From contig NC_068991.1 in NCBI RefSeq assembly GCF_001194135.2, forward strand, positions 73,150,622 to 73,214,621: 64,000 nucleotides of DNA. The letters are read 5' to 3'. Made by a program: the position numbers and the translations under genes. Source of the stretch: Octopus bimaculoides. Taxonomy: Eukaryota. Positions within the stretch are counted from its first letter, which is position 1. Each line of letters begins with the position of its first letter. The notes beneath the pieces were generated by a model. That model saw nothing but the letters and a program-made list of their open reading frames with translations. It did no database searches and had not been told where the DNA came from. This document shows, in pieces, positions 13,770-26,849 of this stretch.

Positions 13770-13770
<1 letters not shown>
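13400..13770 (-). mobile_element. RTE-like LINE 3' end, degenerate ORF2 C-terminus
   Basis: Minus strand, with stops and frameshifts, gives NAFHD*CLRNILKLTWRDTI and GKRVCGKT*MKWM. These match the RTE/L2-type motifs F..RCLR.IL.I.W.D and GKR.RGRP..W. A terminal stem-loop lies at 13404-13434. Confidence 0.65.
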
Positions 13771-13817
<47 letters not shown>

Positions 13818-14040
13818 AAAGTGAATGGAATGAACAACACGTTTTATTGTCTAATACTACAATTGTTTCATCAACATTTTGCCAGAAGATCATCGCCAGA
13901 ATGCTATTATATATTAAACAATACATTAGTATTATTCCAGCGATTAGTATTATTTTTATTCCAGTGATACTGTAACGGAGCATCATTCCACAGAATATAT
14001 ACCTCAACTGCATGATTATGGAATAAAACGTGTAACTCAC

Positions 14041-14122
14041 TCAATCTTCTTTGTTAATACTTGACAGGCAGCGGATTGTGAAGGACTGCTGCATTCTTCG
14101 GACAGTATAGGTCCTATCTTTA
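14041..14122 (-). CDS. Candidate 82-nt minus-strand exon (KIGPILSEECSSPSQSAACQVLTKKI)
   Basis: Strong acceptor ttgacattttttcaatctacag| and strong donor ga|gtgagt; one frame is open. No partner exon identified. Confidence 0.25.
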
Positions 14123-14365
14123 CTGTAGATTGAAAAAATGTCAAATGAGCAGTCATCGTTCTGGTTCTGAAGGGACTAACTCATGATAATGAGAGACAGT
14201 CCTAACCACGGAGCCGAGTATCTTTAGCTATAGGATGTTAAAAAGCTAGCGATATTAATGATATCTTAATATTTTTCTCCTTTTGTTTTTTATTTCAAAT
14301 ACAATTTCATGTAAATGTCCCCCACCCCGTCTTCATTTCTTCCTTTCATTCTATATCCCCTGTCG

Positions 14366-14456
14366 CCTGTTCTCTGTCCTGACCTGTTCTCTGTCTTGGC
14401 CTGTCCTCTCTCCTGGCCTGTTCTCTGTCTTAGCCTGTTCGCTGTCCTAGCCTGTC
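14366..14456. repeat. 17-bp minisatellite, 5 copies (cctgttctctgtc(c/t)t(g/a)g)
   Basis: Units start at 14366, 14383, 14400, 14417 and 14434. Confidence 0.9.
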
Positions 14457-15739
14457 TGTTTCTCTACTCCTGTCACTGACTCTGTGTATCTCCATCTCTT
14501 TGTTTCTCCCTGTCTGTAAGACACACATTATATCATTTCAATATTTGAAAATTAAGTAATTTGGAATTATAGAAATGATGGCATCTTTGCTCGGCAGATA
14601 CTAAATATCTAACTATTATTTGTTTAAAATCCATTCACTCTAAGTACAAATTCCTCCGGAGTGAAATTTGCAAGAATCAATACAATAATATCATATTTTA
14701 AATTCGGTTATACTTCGTCGAGTGCAAAAACTGTGTTCTACTTGTCAAATGAAATAAGGCTTTAACTCCAACATACGTTGTTTTCGTTGCTGCAACTGAC
14801 AGCAGTTGAATTTTTATATTTTTGTACCTTGTTCGATAAAATGACTAACATTGAAGCTATAAATTCAATCGACTATGAACCCTTTCCAACAAAATTCAGC
14901 CATGTATCTATTCGAAAAAAATAAAAATCAATAATTATATTTTCTTTATTTGCATTTTTTCGCTTATTTCCCTTCTACTTTTCACTCCCTCAGCTTATTC
15001 AGTCGTTATCTGAAATATTCTCAATTCTCAACGAACAGTGCTGCAATTATATTTAAATCCCATTCATCTCATTAATTTAAAATACAAGACAGTGTTCTTG
15101 TAATCTATTGGATAATTTAAATACATAGTTCTTGTTTTCTCTTAGATAATACCATTCTATAAAATGTTATTTCCTGAGATCATTCGCTGTTTCTTTTTGA
15201 GATAAGATGGGAATATTTCAGAAGGGAAACAATATCTGCTGGAGGAAAAAAAAATCGAAATATACAGAAAGTAAAGAAGTAAATTATACATAATGATATG
15301 TATGGAAAAATAAAGAGAATAAATACATATATAATTTATAGGCAAGAATGCATCATATTTATTTTTGAAAGAGCTTCTCATTATAGAATGAAAGATGTAT
15401 TTATTAATAGTTTTGATACACCTGCACCAACCCCATACATACGTACATACATTAATATATATGTCCATTAATCCACGCATCTATATTATACATTTATAAA
15501 TGATAGTGTGTGTGTGGATTTATAGATATATAGATACATGTAGGTGGCTGTGCATATTGTAGTGTATACACATATACGTTATTACTTAGTAGACTACAAT
15601 ACAGAAAACGTCACACTCAGTCTGAGAAATTGCGCGTTCACATTTCCGGCCTCCATATGTTATGACTCGTGACTATCTCTGAGTGCAAGGTCGATAGATA
15701 ACCGACGGTAACCTTCCTGTCCTGTCCTAAGTGTGTCAA

Positions 15740-16310
15740 AAAAACGGTGCAAGCTAGAGGTGGTGAGGTAATTGCGTTGGACGCACTCAGCAGCTTAGGT
15801 GTTAGTCCAGTTGTTAAGGATGGTGGCAGACTGAATAGTGAAGGTTATCTGCAATTAGTAAATGAAAATGAGCTGCCATATTTAAATAATCAGATGCCAC
15901 CGGGATCCATTTTCCAGCAGCACAATTGTCCCATTCATAAGGTTAGGAAAGTTTTGCAATATTTTGAGCGCAATAATATGGTAGTTACTAAGTGGCCTCC
16001 GCAAAGCCCGGATTTGAAACCGATGGAAAATCTATGGAATTATGTTTCTAAAATAATTGACGCTAAATAAACAAACAAATTTGTCCTAAATATATAATTT
16101 TATTGAAGAAATACGGCAGAACATTCCAAGTGATTTTTGTGCTCATCTTTCGAACTTCATGTCCCGCCGTTGTAAAGCCATACCTGAAAATAATGGCTAT
16201 GGAACTAAATACTAATAATGAATTTTTGTTCGTTGATCATTTGTGCCGTAAATTTTCAATTTAAACAAAATAATGTCGGTACGCTCTGAAACTTCTTTTA
16301 CCGAGACATT
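15740..16310 (+). mobile_element. Tc1-family transposase relic (DDE domain and C-terminus)
   Basis: KTVQARGGEV, FQQHNCPIH, WPPQSPDLKPMENLW, and after a stop ...RRCKAIPENNGYGTKY*. All are typical Tc1 motifs. Confidence 0.92.
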
Positions 16311-17532
16311 TTTAATGATTTGAATAAGTTGCGCATTAAAATTATTCAAATTGTAGAAAGGTATACAACGCCTATATGATTCGAAANNNNNNNNNNNNNN
16401 NNNNNNNNNNNNNNNNNNNNNNNNNNNNNNNNNNNNNNNNNNNNNNNNNNNNNNNNNNNNNNNNNNNNNNNNNNNNNNNNNNNNNNNNNNNNNNNNNNNN
16501 NNNNNNNNNNNNNNNNNNNNNNNNNNNNNNNNNNNNNNNNNNNNNNNNNNNNNNNNNNNNNNNNNNNNNNNNNNNNNNNNNNNNNNNNNNNNNNNNNNNN
16601 NNNNNNNNNNNNNNNNNNNNNNNNNNNNNNNNNNNNNNNNNNNNNNNNNNNNNNNNNNNNNNNNNNNNNNNNNNNNNNNNNNNNNNNNNNNNNNNNNNNN
16701 NNNNNNNNNNNNNNNNNNNNNNNNNNNATATATATATATACAGTTATATATATATATATACAGTTGTATATATATATAATTATATATATATATATATGTC
16801 TATATGGAAACATGTATGTGTGTATATTTATATAATTTATATAACCTCTATACATGCACACATAATTTTCATATTATATATCATATAGACATACTGGGCA
16901 CGGACCCACATACACACAAACACAATTATACATATTTATATACGTTGTAATACTTTAAAACATACTACACGTTACTGTACAGATTAAGGACCAATACTCA
17001 AACCTTCCAGAACCTTATACTCCGATATTTCACATTTAAGAGTGTCCAAATTTACGTATATTCAGCTTTAGTCTATATGAACGATAAGAGATTCATCAAG
17101 TTGAAGTTGGACAAAAGTATAAAAGAATTCAATCTAAAATTGGCCGAAGTAACTTATAACAAGCCCTTGTCCTAAAATGAATACTAAATTCATGCAACAA
17201 AAATGAAGACCAACAGGCTCAAAGCTTTGGAAATAGAAGTAAGAAAGAAATGAGAGAAAATAGAGGTTAGTAAAAATAACTGTAAGCTAAGAAAAACTCG
17301 TAAGAAACTGATTCTCAGGAGATAGAGGGAATCATTGCCGCTGACACGATTGCAGAAATAAGATGAAAATTTCGACAATTTAAGAAATAAAGAAACTGTC
17401 AATATGATAGATTGTCTATGATCGCGCCAATTGTTAAAATGGTTCTTCTTCTTATACGTGATATGCCATATTCATATATATATAAATATATTTATGTATG
17501 TATGTAAATATATATGTATATGTATGTATAGG

Positions 17533-17591
<59 letters not shown>

Positions 17592-17676
17592 NNNNNNNNN
17601 NNNNNNNNNNNNNNNNNNNNNNNNNNNNNNNNNNNNNNNNNNNNNNNNNNNNNNNNNNNNNNNNNNNNNNNNNNNN

Positions 17677-18834
17677 GCCATTAAGAATGAAATATCCGAT
17701 TTTCTTATGCATAAATTTTGACAGTCGTTAACTCTAATGTCTTATCCTGACAATTCTTTGCTTTACAACATTGAAGAGTTACATCATCATTTTTCGCAAT
17801 GCAATTCATGGTGTCTGATTATATTCCGCGTTTTCTCTTGTAAATCAATTTTTGTGAACCCATGGATGGATCAAATGTTCGTGTTGTTTATAAATATGAG
17901 ATTCGTCGTGGAACCAATGCATCCGACACACCTCGAAGCATCAATGAGGCGTTTGATAAAGATGTGGCGAATGAGTGCACAGTACGTCGATGGTTTGGGA
18001 AGTTCCGGTCAGGTGATTTTACTGTTAAAAATCATCCGCGTGGTAGACATGCCACCAAAGTGGATAATGATGAGCTGGAAACTGTAGTGGAAGTGGATAC
18101 ATCTGAAGCTACGCGAGAGATAGCAGCAAGGTTTGATGTTTCGATTCCAACTGCACTGGACCATCGGAAGCAAATCGGCAAGGTAAAGAAGCTGGACAAG
18201 TGGACACCACACGAACTGAACTAGCATCAAATGACACGTGGTCTTGAAATTTACTGTTCTTTGCTGTCACGGCATAACAGTAAACTATTTTCGCATCGTA
18301 TTGTTACGTGTGATAAAAAAAATGGATTCTTTTCAATAATAGCAAGAGTTCTGCACGGTGGGTGCATAGAAACGAAGTGCCAAAACACAATCTAAAGAAA
18401 TATTCACCACCACCCACCCACCCNNNNNNNNNNNNNNNNNNNNNNNNNNNNNNNNNNNNNNNNNNNNNNNNNNNNNNNNNNNNNNNNNNNNNNNNNNNNN
18501 NNNNNNNNNNNNNNNNNNNNNNNNNNNNNNNNNNNNNNNNNNNNNNNNNNNNNNNNNNNNNNNNNNNNNNNNNNNNNNNNNNNNNNNNNNNNNNNNNNNN
18601 NNNNNNNNNNNNNNNNNNNNNNNNNNNNNNNNNNNNNNNNNNNNNNNNNNNNNNNNNNNNNNNNNNNNNNNNNNNNNNNNNNNNNNNNNNNNNNNNNNNN
18701 NNNNNNNNNNNNNNNNNNNNNNNNNNNNNNNNNNNNNNNNNNNNNNNNNNNNNNNNNNNNNNNNNNNNNNNNNNNNNNNNNNNNNNNNNNNNNNNNNNNN
18801 NNNNNNNNNNNNNNNNNNNNNNNNNNNNNNNNNN

Positions 18835-18870
<36 letters not shown>

Positions 18871-18878
18871 TGTGTGTT

Positions 18879-18909
<31 letters not shown>

Positions 18910-19340
18910 GTGTGTGAGTTTGTGTACATATACGTATGTATATATGCATACATATAGAGACTATAATTCTCTTTCAAGACAATGCTCGACCACATGTTGC
19001 ACAATGAACGCTACTCAAGTTACAGGAACTGAATTTAGATGTAATCTGCCATCTACCATATTCACCAGACTTTGCACCAACTGACTGTCATGTTTTCCAG
19101 GATTAGACAACTTTTTGCAAGGAAAAACTTAAAATATGAAGATACAAAAACAGAGTTTCGTGATTTCAGCACCTCTTGGTCTCCAGAATTCTTCGCTACC
19201 GGCAAAAATAAGCTACCAATAAAATGGCAAAATGGTGTTGATAATTTAGGTGCGTACTTTGATTAACTGCATTGCTTTTTGTTGAGATAAAGTAAAATAA
19301 ACTTTCAGTTCAAAAGCAGACATTTCATTCTTAAAGACCT
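17677..19340 (+). mobile_element. Mariner-family transposon relic with both TIRs, split by a microsatellite and gap
   Basis: HTH (TVRRWFGKFRSGDF), WTPHEL, VTCD, FQDNARPH, HLPYSPDFAPTD and AYFD* motifs. ttaagaatgaaat at 17681 is inverted at 19321-19333. Confidence 0.93.
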
Positions 19341-20310
19341 CACACACACACATTTCACATATATATACATATATACACACATATGTACATATATATATAT
19401 ATATATATATATANNNNNNNNNNNNNNNNNNNNNNNNNNNNNNNNNNNNNNNNNNNNNNNNNNNNNNNNNNNNNNNNNNNNNNNNNNNNNNNNNNNNNNN
19501 NNNNNNNNNNNNNNNNNNNNNNNNNNNNNNNNNNNNNNNNNNNNNNNNNNNNNNNNNNNNNNNNNNNNNNNNNNNNNNNNNNNNNNNNNNNNNNNNNNNN
19601 NNNNNNNNNNNNNNNNNNNNNNNNNNNNNNNNNNNNNNNNNNNNNNNNNNNNNNNNNNNNNNNNNNNNNNNNNNNNNNNNNNNNNNNNNNNNNNNNNNNN
19701 NNNNNNNNNNNNNNNNNNNNNNNNNNNNNNNNNNNNNNNNNNNNNNNNNNNNNNNNNNNNNNNNNNNNNNNNNNNNNNNNNNNNNNNNNNNNNNNNNNNN
19801 NNNNNNNNNNNNNNNNNNNNNNNNNNNNNNNNNNNNNNNNNNNNNNNNNNNNNNNNNNNNNNNNNNNNNNNNNNNNNNNNNNNNNNNNNNNNNNNTATAT
19901 ACCTTTCTCTTCTTTCAGTTTGTCTTACAGACTACATGCATTCATATCTGTCTCCTCTTCTATCTGTTCTCTTGTCAAAGGCAATGTTCAATTCCACCAG
20001 CCTTCGCTACCCTACCCCTAACCCTAACAACCTCCCATGTTTGTTTTCGCTTGGTTTGGTATGTGTCCACTGTCCTGTGTTTGTTACCAACTTTACCCTC
20101 TGCAAATCCCAAATTTTATTTGGATTCGCAGGAGCAACTGCCTTTTCGAAGCCTCATATTGTCATTAATTGCTCGAAATGAGAAGTAGATGGACAGCTGA
20201 CAACTGAAGAATATATATATATTTGATTTATATTTTATTATATAATTAAACGCCATGCATCTGTCAATTTTCTCCAAAGTTGTTATCGAATTCTCCACAT
20301 ACACGTTTAG

Positions 20311-20365
20311 AGGCTTCTGCCTCGACCGAAGAAGGCTGCAAAACGAGCTCTTGAAAACCAGTTTG
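20311..20365 (+). CDS. Candidate exon (RLLPRPKKAAKRALENQF)
   Basis: cacgtttag| ... ttg|gtatta; open in two frames. Confidence 0.2.
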
Positions 20366-20674
20366 GTATTTAATTGGAATAAAAATGGCTTTTTTTTTTT
20401 GTAGAGATTTAGATTCTCTTACGCAAATTTTCTGTTTGAAATATTTACAAAATAAATTAAATATTTTCGATGTTTTCTTTAAAGTATTTATATTTCTGGG
20501 ACACTTATGATTATTTTCAATGTTATATTATATTTAGAATTGAAATCATTCCAGTACGACCAACCAAGGCTATGAAATATTTGGAAAGTTAGATACGGAA
20601 ATGACTGTAAACATTAAGATAATCGATTTAAATCATAAATGTTCCGCCCCTCTTAATAACTGTTATATCTACAG

Positions 20675-20694
20675 CAGCACAACATTTCAATTTG
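20675..20694 (+). CDS. Candidate 20-nt micro-exon
   Basis: tgttatatctacag| acceptor (NAGNAG) and strong donor tg|gtgagt. Confidence 0.25.
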
Positions 20695-21541
20695 GTGAGT
20701 ACTATGAAATTATATAAAAAGTGATAAATTTAGTGAAATATGCTATTACAGTAGCTGAAAGAATGAATCATATAAATGATCATGATATAAGTAGAAATAC
20801 TTGTCATGTCTCTATTAGTTGCTTTCATCTCTATTTTTGAATTGTACTCGATCATTGTATGGAAATAGACGTGAATAAATGAATATGAATTGATGTGAAT
20901 GAGACCAAGCTTTTCTCTATGCGTACGTCAATAACGTTAAATACGACGAAAGGTACGCAATAACGAACGGCATTTTATGTGAGATACAAATCTAACGAAA
21001 ATATCAATATCACAATGAAAGTTTTCTCACGAAATTTTCAACGGTGCTGCACGTAATAGTTAGGTTCGGCACTCATACGTTATTAGAGGGGGGAAAAAAA
21101 TTTAAGCACAGCTAACAATTTGGGAATTCATTTCGAAAATAGTTATAATTCAAATTTAGAAAGTTCAGGTAATGCTTAGTTAAATGAATATTCAATGAAA
21201 TTAAAAGCTAATGTTTTTCATATCACTGAATAAAATCGACCGTATTAATATTTCATGTTTCAATTGATCTTTATAATTTCATGTGCAATATTAATCTGAG
21301 TAAAACCTATTATTGTTGTGTATTTGTTTTATTTTCCAATTAAATTACTTTTATATTTCCAACCAATATTAAAATAAAATTGATTATTTTTCCTTTATAG
21401 CACTTGCATAAAGACATAACGTTTGAAAACTACATATTCCAACTTTCAACGATTTGAAATATTTAGAATATTATGAATGCTTCATGCCATTTGCATTATG
21501 TATATTGTTGAATTTGCATATCCTTTTTTCTCTCTTTTCAG

Positions 21542-21577
21542 AAATAATTTGAAAACTTCTCCTGTCCACTCTAAATG
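21542..21577 (+). other. Candidate exon, either terminal (AAA TAA) or a 5'UTR exon ending in ATG
   Basis: Very strong acceptor tccttttttctctcttttcag|; ATG|gtacga at 21575-21583. Confidence 0.3.
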
Positions 21578-22255
21578 GTACGATCTGACCGTCTAATTCA
21601 GTCTCGCTGTCATGTTGAAGAATATTTATTTGTTTTAATTATGCTCTTCTTGATTTTAGATTAATTAATGCCTTGTATCGTTATTTTAAGGAATTCATTT
21701 TTCATTCGACAAGACCAAAACGACGAAAATAATAGGAACGCCGTCCTTATTCTAGATAACGTTAATAGATTGTTCTGTTTGGATTAGAATATAAATAAAT
21801 GCTGAAGTCAAATAGCGTCTGGAAGAACCGCGCGAATGTGTTTATACAAGACGAATAGTCTATGCCAGGATTATATAGAATAATTGAAGATTAATATATT
21901 AGTTGCAACTCAAAATACTTGATGGTTTTAAGGTAGAAACAATAAGCACTTTATCTAAGTATATTACATTAACTTATGAACTTATTATGAGGTAATGATT
22001 GAATTCCATACCAAAATAGTAATTACATACTTAACAAATTTTGTGATACATAGCGATTCGTCATACAGACACATACAGATGTTTCATGTCTAAACTAATA
22101 GGTATAAGATAGAGACGTAAGATGGCTGACTAATGGTGGCTGTTGATCGGATTAAACTATATCCGTTGCAGTCAAGAGACTGAGTGGTGGATGTAAATGT
22201 CCATGCTTGTGTTATATATTAATTACGTAATGCAGACACGCGCACGCACACACAG

Positions 22256-22359
<104 letters not shown>

Positions 22360-22444
22360 TTACTCGAGTTTTACCTGTCATGTGATTGGTGACTTTAAAA
22401 GTATACTTTTCCTACCACTTGTAATATCAGAATATATGGCAAGT

Positions 22445-22618
22445 TGTTGTGGCGAGTGTCATTGATACCCCACTGGGATTGCAAGGATAGACTGGCCGAA
22501 CTCTTATAAATAAAAGTAGCGTATTGGTTGAGGCAGAGATCGGTGAGGGTCGTTGTTCGAATTACTGTGTTGGTCCCATTGCTAGAATGGGGGTAGGGGT
22601 TCAATTCCCGTACTCACA
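22445..22618 (-). mobile_element. Solo-LTR-like repeat
   Basis: Minus strand starts TGT and ends ccacaACA, with TATA-like tttataag. Homologous to ~23700-23827 (+). No TSD found. Confidence 0.45.
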
Positions 22619-22869
22619 ATATATCGGATGCAGCTGTGCAGTGTTAAGTAGCTAGAGGAGATGTCTTTAGGTTAAAAAATCGCACTAAAATCCGTTCCTT
22701 CGAAAAACAAGAGTACTAAAAGAGTTCTTAGTACAACGAAAAACAAGAATGCAATGAATAATAATATCTAAGAGTCAGGCAACAATTACGTTATAATATC
22801 TAACAACGAGATGTCTAGGATATAAAAATGACAACGAGATATTCGAAACTTGCGACGGAAGTTAAGTTT

Positions 22870-24482
22870 TTTGGCGGTACGAAATCAAAGAAAAATGATT
22901 TACATGGAAGATCTATTAGCTTGCGTGGTGCAGTTGCAACAGCAACAACAACAGTTAAAACAACAACTACATCGCAACATCAACAATACCAACAGTTACT
23001 GGAAGTAATATTGAAGAAGAAAACACTTCAGGTTCGTTCTCGTCGGATGGCGTAGAAAACACAATTGGAGAATTTATTTATAATCCAGAAGAAGGTACTA
23101 CTTTTTCTGCATATTTTAGAAGATACGAAGAAATCTTCAAAGAAAAATGTAAAAATCGGAATGACGAGAAGAATGGGCGACTAATTTTAGTTATCCCCTG
23201 CCGAAAACGAAAAATACTGTAATTATATTCTGCCGAAGTAACCAGGTCAGATGGCCTTTCGATGAAACAATTAAATTGTCATCTAGAAATTTCATTGAAG
23301 GAAGTTCCCTATTCAATACTCGTTTGCAATGTTTAAATTTAGTTAAAAAAAGATGAAGATTTCGTCACCTATGCTGGCGTCGTTTTCAGGGAGTGTGAAA
23401 AATTTAAATTAATTGAATTAACCCCGGATTTCTTCAAATGTCTAGTTTTTGTTGAAGGATTAACTGCTGATATACGTCCCTATATATTAACAAAATTATA
23501 ACAGGATCAAAAATTAACTCTACAAGCAGTGGCTGAAAGATACCAGATAATATTTTCTTTCATTTTGTCCCCCAAAAATAAATTTCAACGTACAACGCAA
23601 TCTTCGAATATCTCGACGCCACTTTTATGTCCTTGACAAAACGTTGGATATATATATATAATTTAACGACGCGGAGGTAAATCAATGTGTTCACATTACG
23701 TACTTCGTGAGACTCGAAAACGCCCTCTTAGTGACCTTTTGTCTCAACTAACACGCTAGTCTTTATAAGAGTTCTGCTAGTCCATTCTTCTAATCCCCCA
23801 TGGGCGTCACTGGTTCTCACCACAACACGCGGATAAAACTGAAGAAAACGTTTGCTTACAGATACATACGTGTCGACCTATAACGCATAAGAAAAAGGAC
23901 AAACGAAAATGAAGACTAAATCTATGCTATGAGTGCGGAGGTTTACATTTTAGAAGTAATTGTCCTTTTGAGAATTGTAAATGTTTTAAGTGTGGAAAAA
24001 TTGGACTTAAAAGCTCACGTTGCATAGTGAAACAGAAAAAAGGTCAAACAAAACAAATTCTAAAAAGAATATACTGTTAACAAAAAATTCTAAGCGTGGC
24101 TCATAAAAGAAAATTTGTGTTCATAAAAACGAAAAATGTGAATATCAAGTTACAACTGGATACTAGCAGTGATATCCCGATAATTAATGCAGATACAGAG
24201 AGAAAAAGAGGGAAAACTACATTAAAGGAAACTTCGAAAATTGCGCGATGTGTTTCAGGAAAGAAGTTGCATTTTATGGGTGAAATGGTAAGTGATGTTA
24301 CATTTCGTGGAAAAACATCGAAAACCAAAGTTTTTGTGTTGAAAAATACGACAAATTTATTTGGAACAGACTGGATGGAACTATTTAACTTATGGGCTCT
24401 CCCCATATATATTTTTTGTAAAAATGTGGACGGTTCTTCTGCCAGTTCAAAGAAGGCGTTAGCGGAATTAAAAAAGAATTGA
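22870..24482 (+). mobile_element. Gypsy/Ty3 (K02A2.6-like) retrotransposon relic: gag, zinc knuckles, aspartic protease
   Basis: YNPEEGTTFSAYFRRYEEIF, FNTRLQCLNLVK and KCLVFVEGL (gag). CYECGGLHFRSNCPFENCKCFKCGKIG (double knuckle). LQLDTSSDI...NLFGTDW (retropepsin). Multiple stops; PBS-like tggcg at ~22872. Confidence 0.9.
23550..23827 (+). mobile_element. Insertion within gag, solo-LTR-like
   Basis: Interrupts gag between RYQII and HADKTEE. Shares tcgaa..ccctc..ctcaac..acgcta..tttataagagttc..aatccc..ccacaaca with 22445-22618. Confidence 0.5.
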
Positions 24483-24499
24483 AAAAATTTAACGATATC

Positions 24500-24918
24500 T
24501 ATTTTATAAGCAGCACATCTGTCTATACGATAAATAAAATTCTCTGTGGGTGGAGCATACGTACATAGACGAGGCTACATTTCATACGAATGGCAAAGTC
24601 AATAAGCATAATGTTCGCATTTGGGGTGAAGAAAATCTTGATGTCACAGTGGAGCATGAAAGGGAGTCACCAAAAGTGAATGCGTTCTGCGTCATCTCCA
24701 AGGACCGTCTTCATCGCCCGTTTTTCTTTGAGGGAAACCTAACCAGCGATGTGAAATCGTTCATGGAATCCACATCCCTTTAAATTTCTCATTCACATTT
24801 AGAGGAATAAATCTAATGTTGCTCAAAATTAAGCCTGTTTTATTTCATTCGCTTTGATTACGCAGTTTCTGTGATATTTACATCCCAAATGATATCCAAT
24901 TTCTTGAAGCACTCTGTA
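24500..24918 (+). mobile_element. Tc1/mariner-superfamily (DD41D/rosa-like) internally deleted relic with 3' TIR
   Basis: DEATFHTNGKVNKHNVRIWGEEN...SPKVN...PFFF motifs. Ends ...cttgaagcactctg|TA. The subclade assignment is inference. Confidence 0.8.
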
Positions 24919-25973
24919 TATGTATGTATATGTGTGTGTAGGTGTCTGTGTGTATAAGTGTGTAAGTATGTACACGATCAAATATGCGCTTTGTTTTCTG
25001 AGTTGGCAGTGTGCTAACAAAACCCTCGACTGTCGTATATGGGGGCAAGACTCATACCTTGCGTACACCTTGATAAGCTCCAATTTCGCCCAACACCAAT
25101 AAGCGTTTCTGTGCGGTCAACAACCTCCCTGCTAAACAACACAGTAAACAATCACTTGGAACGCCTGGTAATGACAACCTTAACATTAAATCTTCAAATG
25201 AGACTAGCTTCCATATACAACCACCCACACATACGTCTTCTCAAAGCAAGGAGAGGACTAATCTTCGAAATGGAATATACAAAACATGGTCGCTTTCAAT
25301 AGCACTAAACCAATCACTATATATTTTCAAAGAAGCCGTACGTCGAATGCGCTTTATTCATTAACTAATCTCAATGACTAATTATACAATCTAGAAAGGC
25401 TGAATCTAACTCGTAAATGCACACAAATGCACACACATGCATATATATCTGTAGGTGTCTAACAGAGGGTGTATATGATAAACTACGAATAATCCTAACG
25501 AGTTTTAACCAGAAGCGATCAAATAGAAGAGGTTCTATGTCTCACCGTCTGGGAAGCTCGATGGACATCTCTGTCAAATACAACCGTTAACAGAAAAAAA
25601 AAAAACAAGAACGCTTAGGAAGGCAAATGGTGATCACAGATGCACTCAATCAAGGTTAAGGTGGACTAAACAACACCAGTAATTTAGCTTTAAGCATTTG
25701 ATGTTAATGTGAAGGACAATTCGGTGAGCTGACAGAATGGTTAGAGTTTGAAGCCATACCTTACGTAATTTCTTCCAACTCTTTAGGTTATGAGTTCCCA
25801 TACTGCTGTATTCACCCTTGAATTTTATTCTTTCAGAGACGAGAAAGCATCTAACCACCAAGTCCTGGCGTCGGTGGTATCAATTTACCCCTCCCCACAA
25901 AATTGCTGGCCTTGTGAGTGAAGAAGAAACAATTATAAAAGACATCTGTAAGCGACACATTAGGAAATTATTG

Positions 25974-26006
<33 letters not shown>

Positions 26007-26051
26007 TATATGTATGTGTTTGAGTGTGTGTGTGCATGTGTGTGTGTTCAT

Positions 26052-26086
<35 letters not shown>

Positions 26087-26129
26087 GAGAGAGAGAGATA
26101 GATAGATAGATATATAGATAGATAGATAT

Positions 26130-26166
<37 letters not shown>

Positions 26167-26660
26167 CAGGAGGAGAGTGAGAAATAAAGAGAGGGAGTAA
26201 GAAGGTGATAGAGAATATGCAAAGAAGAGAGATACATCAATATATTGGTACAAATATTGTTTAGGCTTTAGTGTCACATCTCACAATATAAACATATTTA
26301 CAATTCTCGACAGTACAAGATGTTATATTCTTTGTTCACGAGGATATTGATGTCTGAAAAGTTTTGTATAGGTTATGTAGCATCTGAATGATTAAAAGAT
26401 GTTTCCATGGCAAACACATCAACATATATGTATGTATTAGTATCTCTAGTTATTTACTTATCTGAACTGGCATTCCTAGTTCTTTTGTTGCGATGAATGT
26501 TAGTTGTACAACCTTCACACAAACACACGAACACACAAATACATAGATGTGGATGTAGATAAAGATATTTATGTGTATGTGTATATCGTCGGATTTAAAT
26601 TTAAGTCGCACGACATATACCCAACATTTAATGATCTGAGCGAACACAGACACACTGACA

Positions 26661-26775
26661 CACTCGCATACAGATACATTCGCACAGAAACACACTCGTA
26701 CAGAGACATACTCGCACAGAGACACACTCGCACAGAGACACACACGCGCAGAGACACACTCGCACACGGACGCAC
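26661..26775. repeat. 16-bp minisatellite (cactcgcacagagaca) x~7
   Basis: Directly visible diverged units. Confidence 0.85.
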
Positions 26776-26849
26776 ACCCATAGGTTAATGATATCGAAAA
26801 GTTATGTCATATGATGTAATGAGTTCAAATCGGATTAAAACTTAACTTA

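Noticed and set aside
14068-15055. IVKDCC and NEQCC peptides resembling an insulin A chain
   Set aside because: The remaining cysteines (CC-X3-C-X8-C) are absent.
20320-20365. Hammerhead-like ccgaagaaggctg...gaaa
   Set aside because: The U4 position is wrong and the stems do not close.
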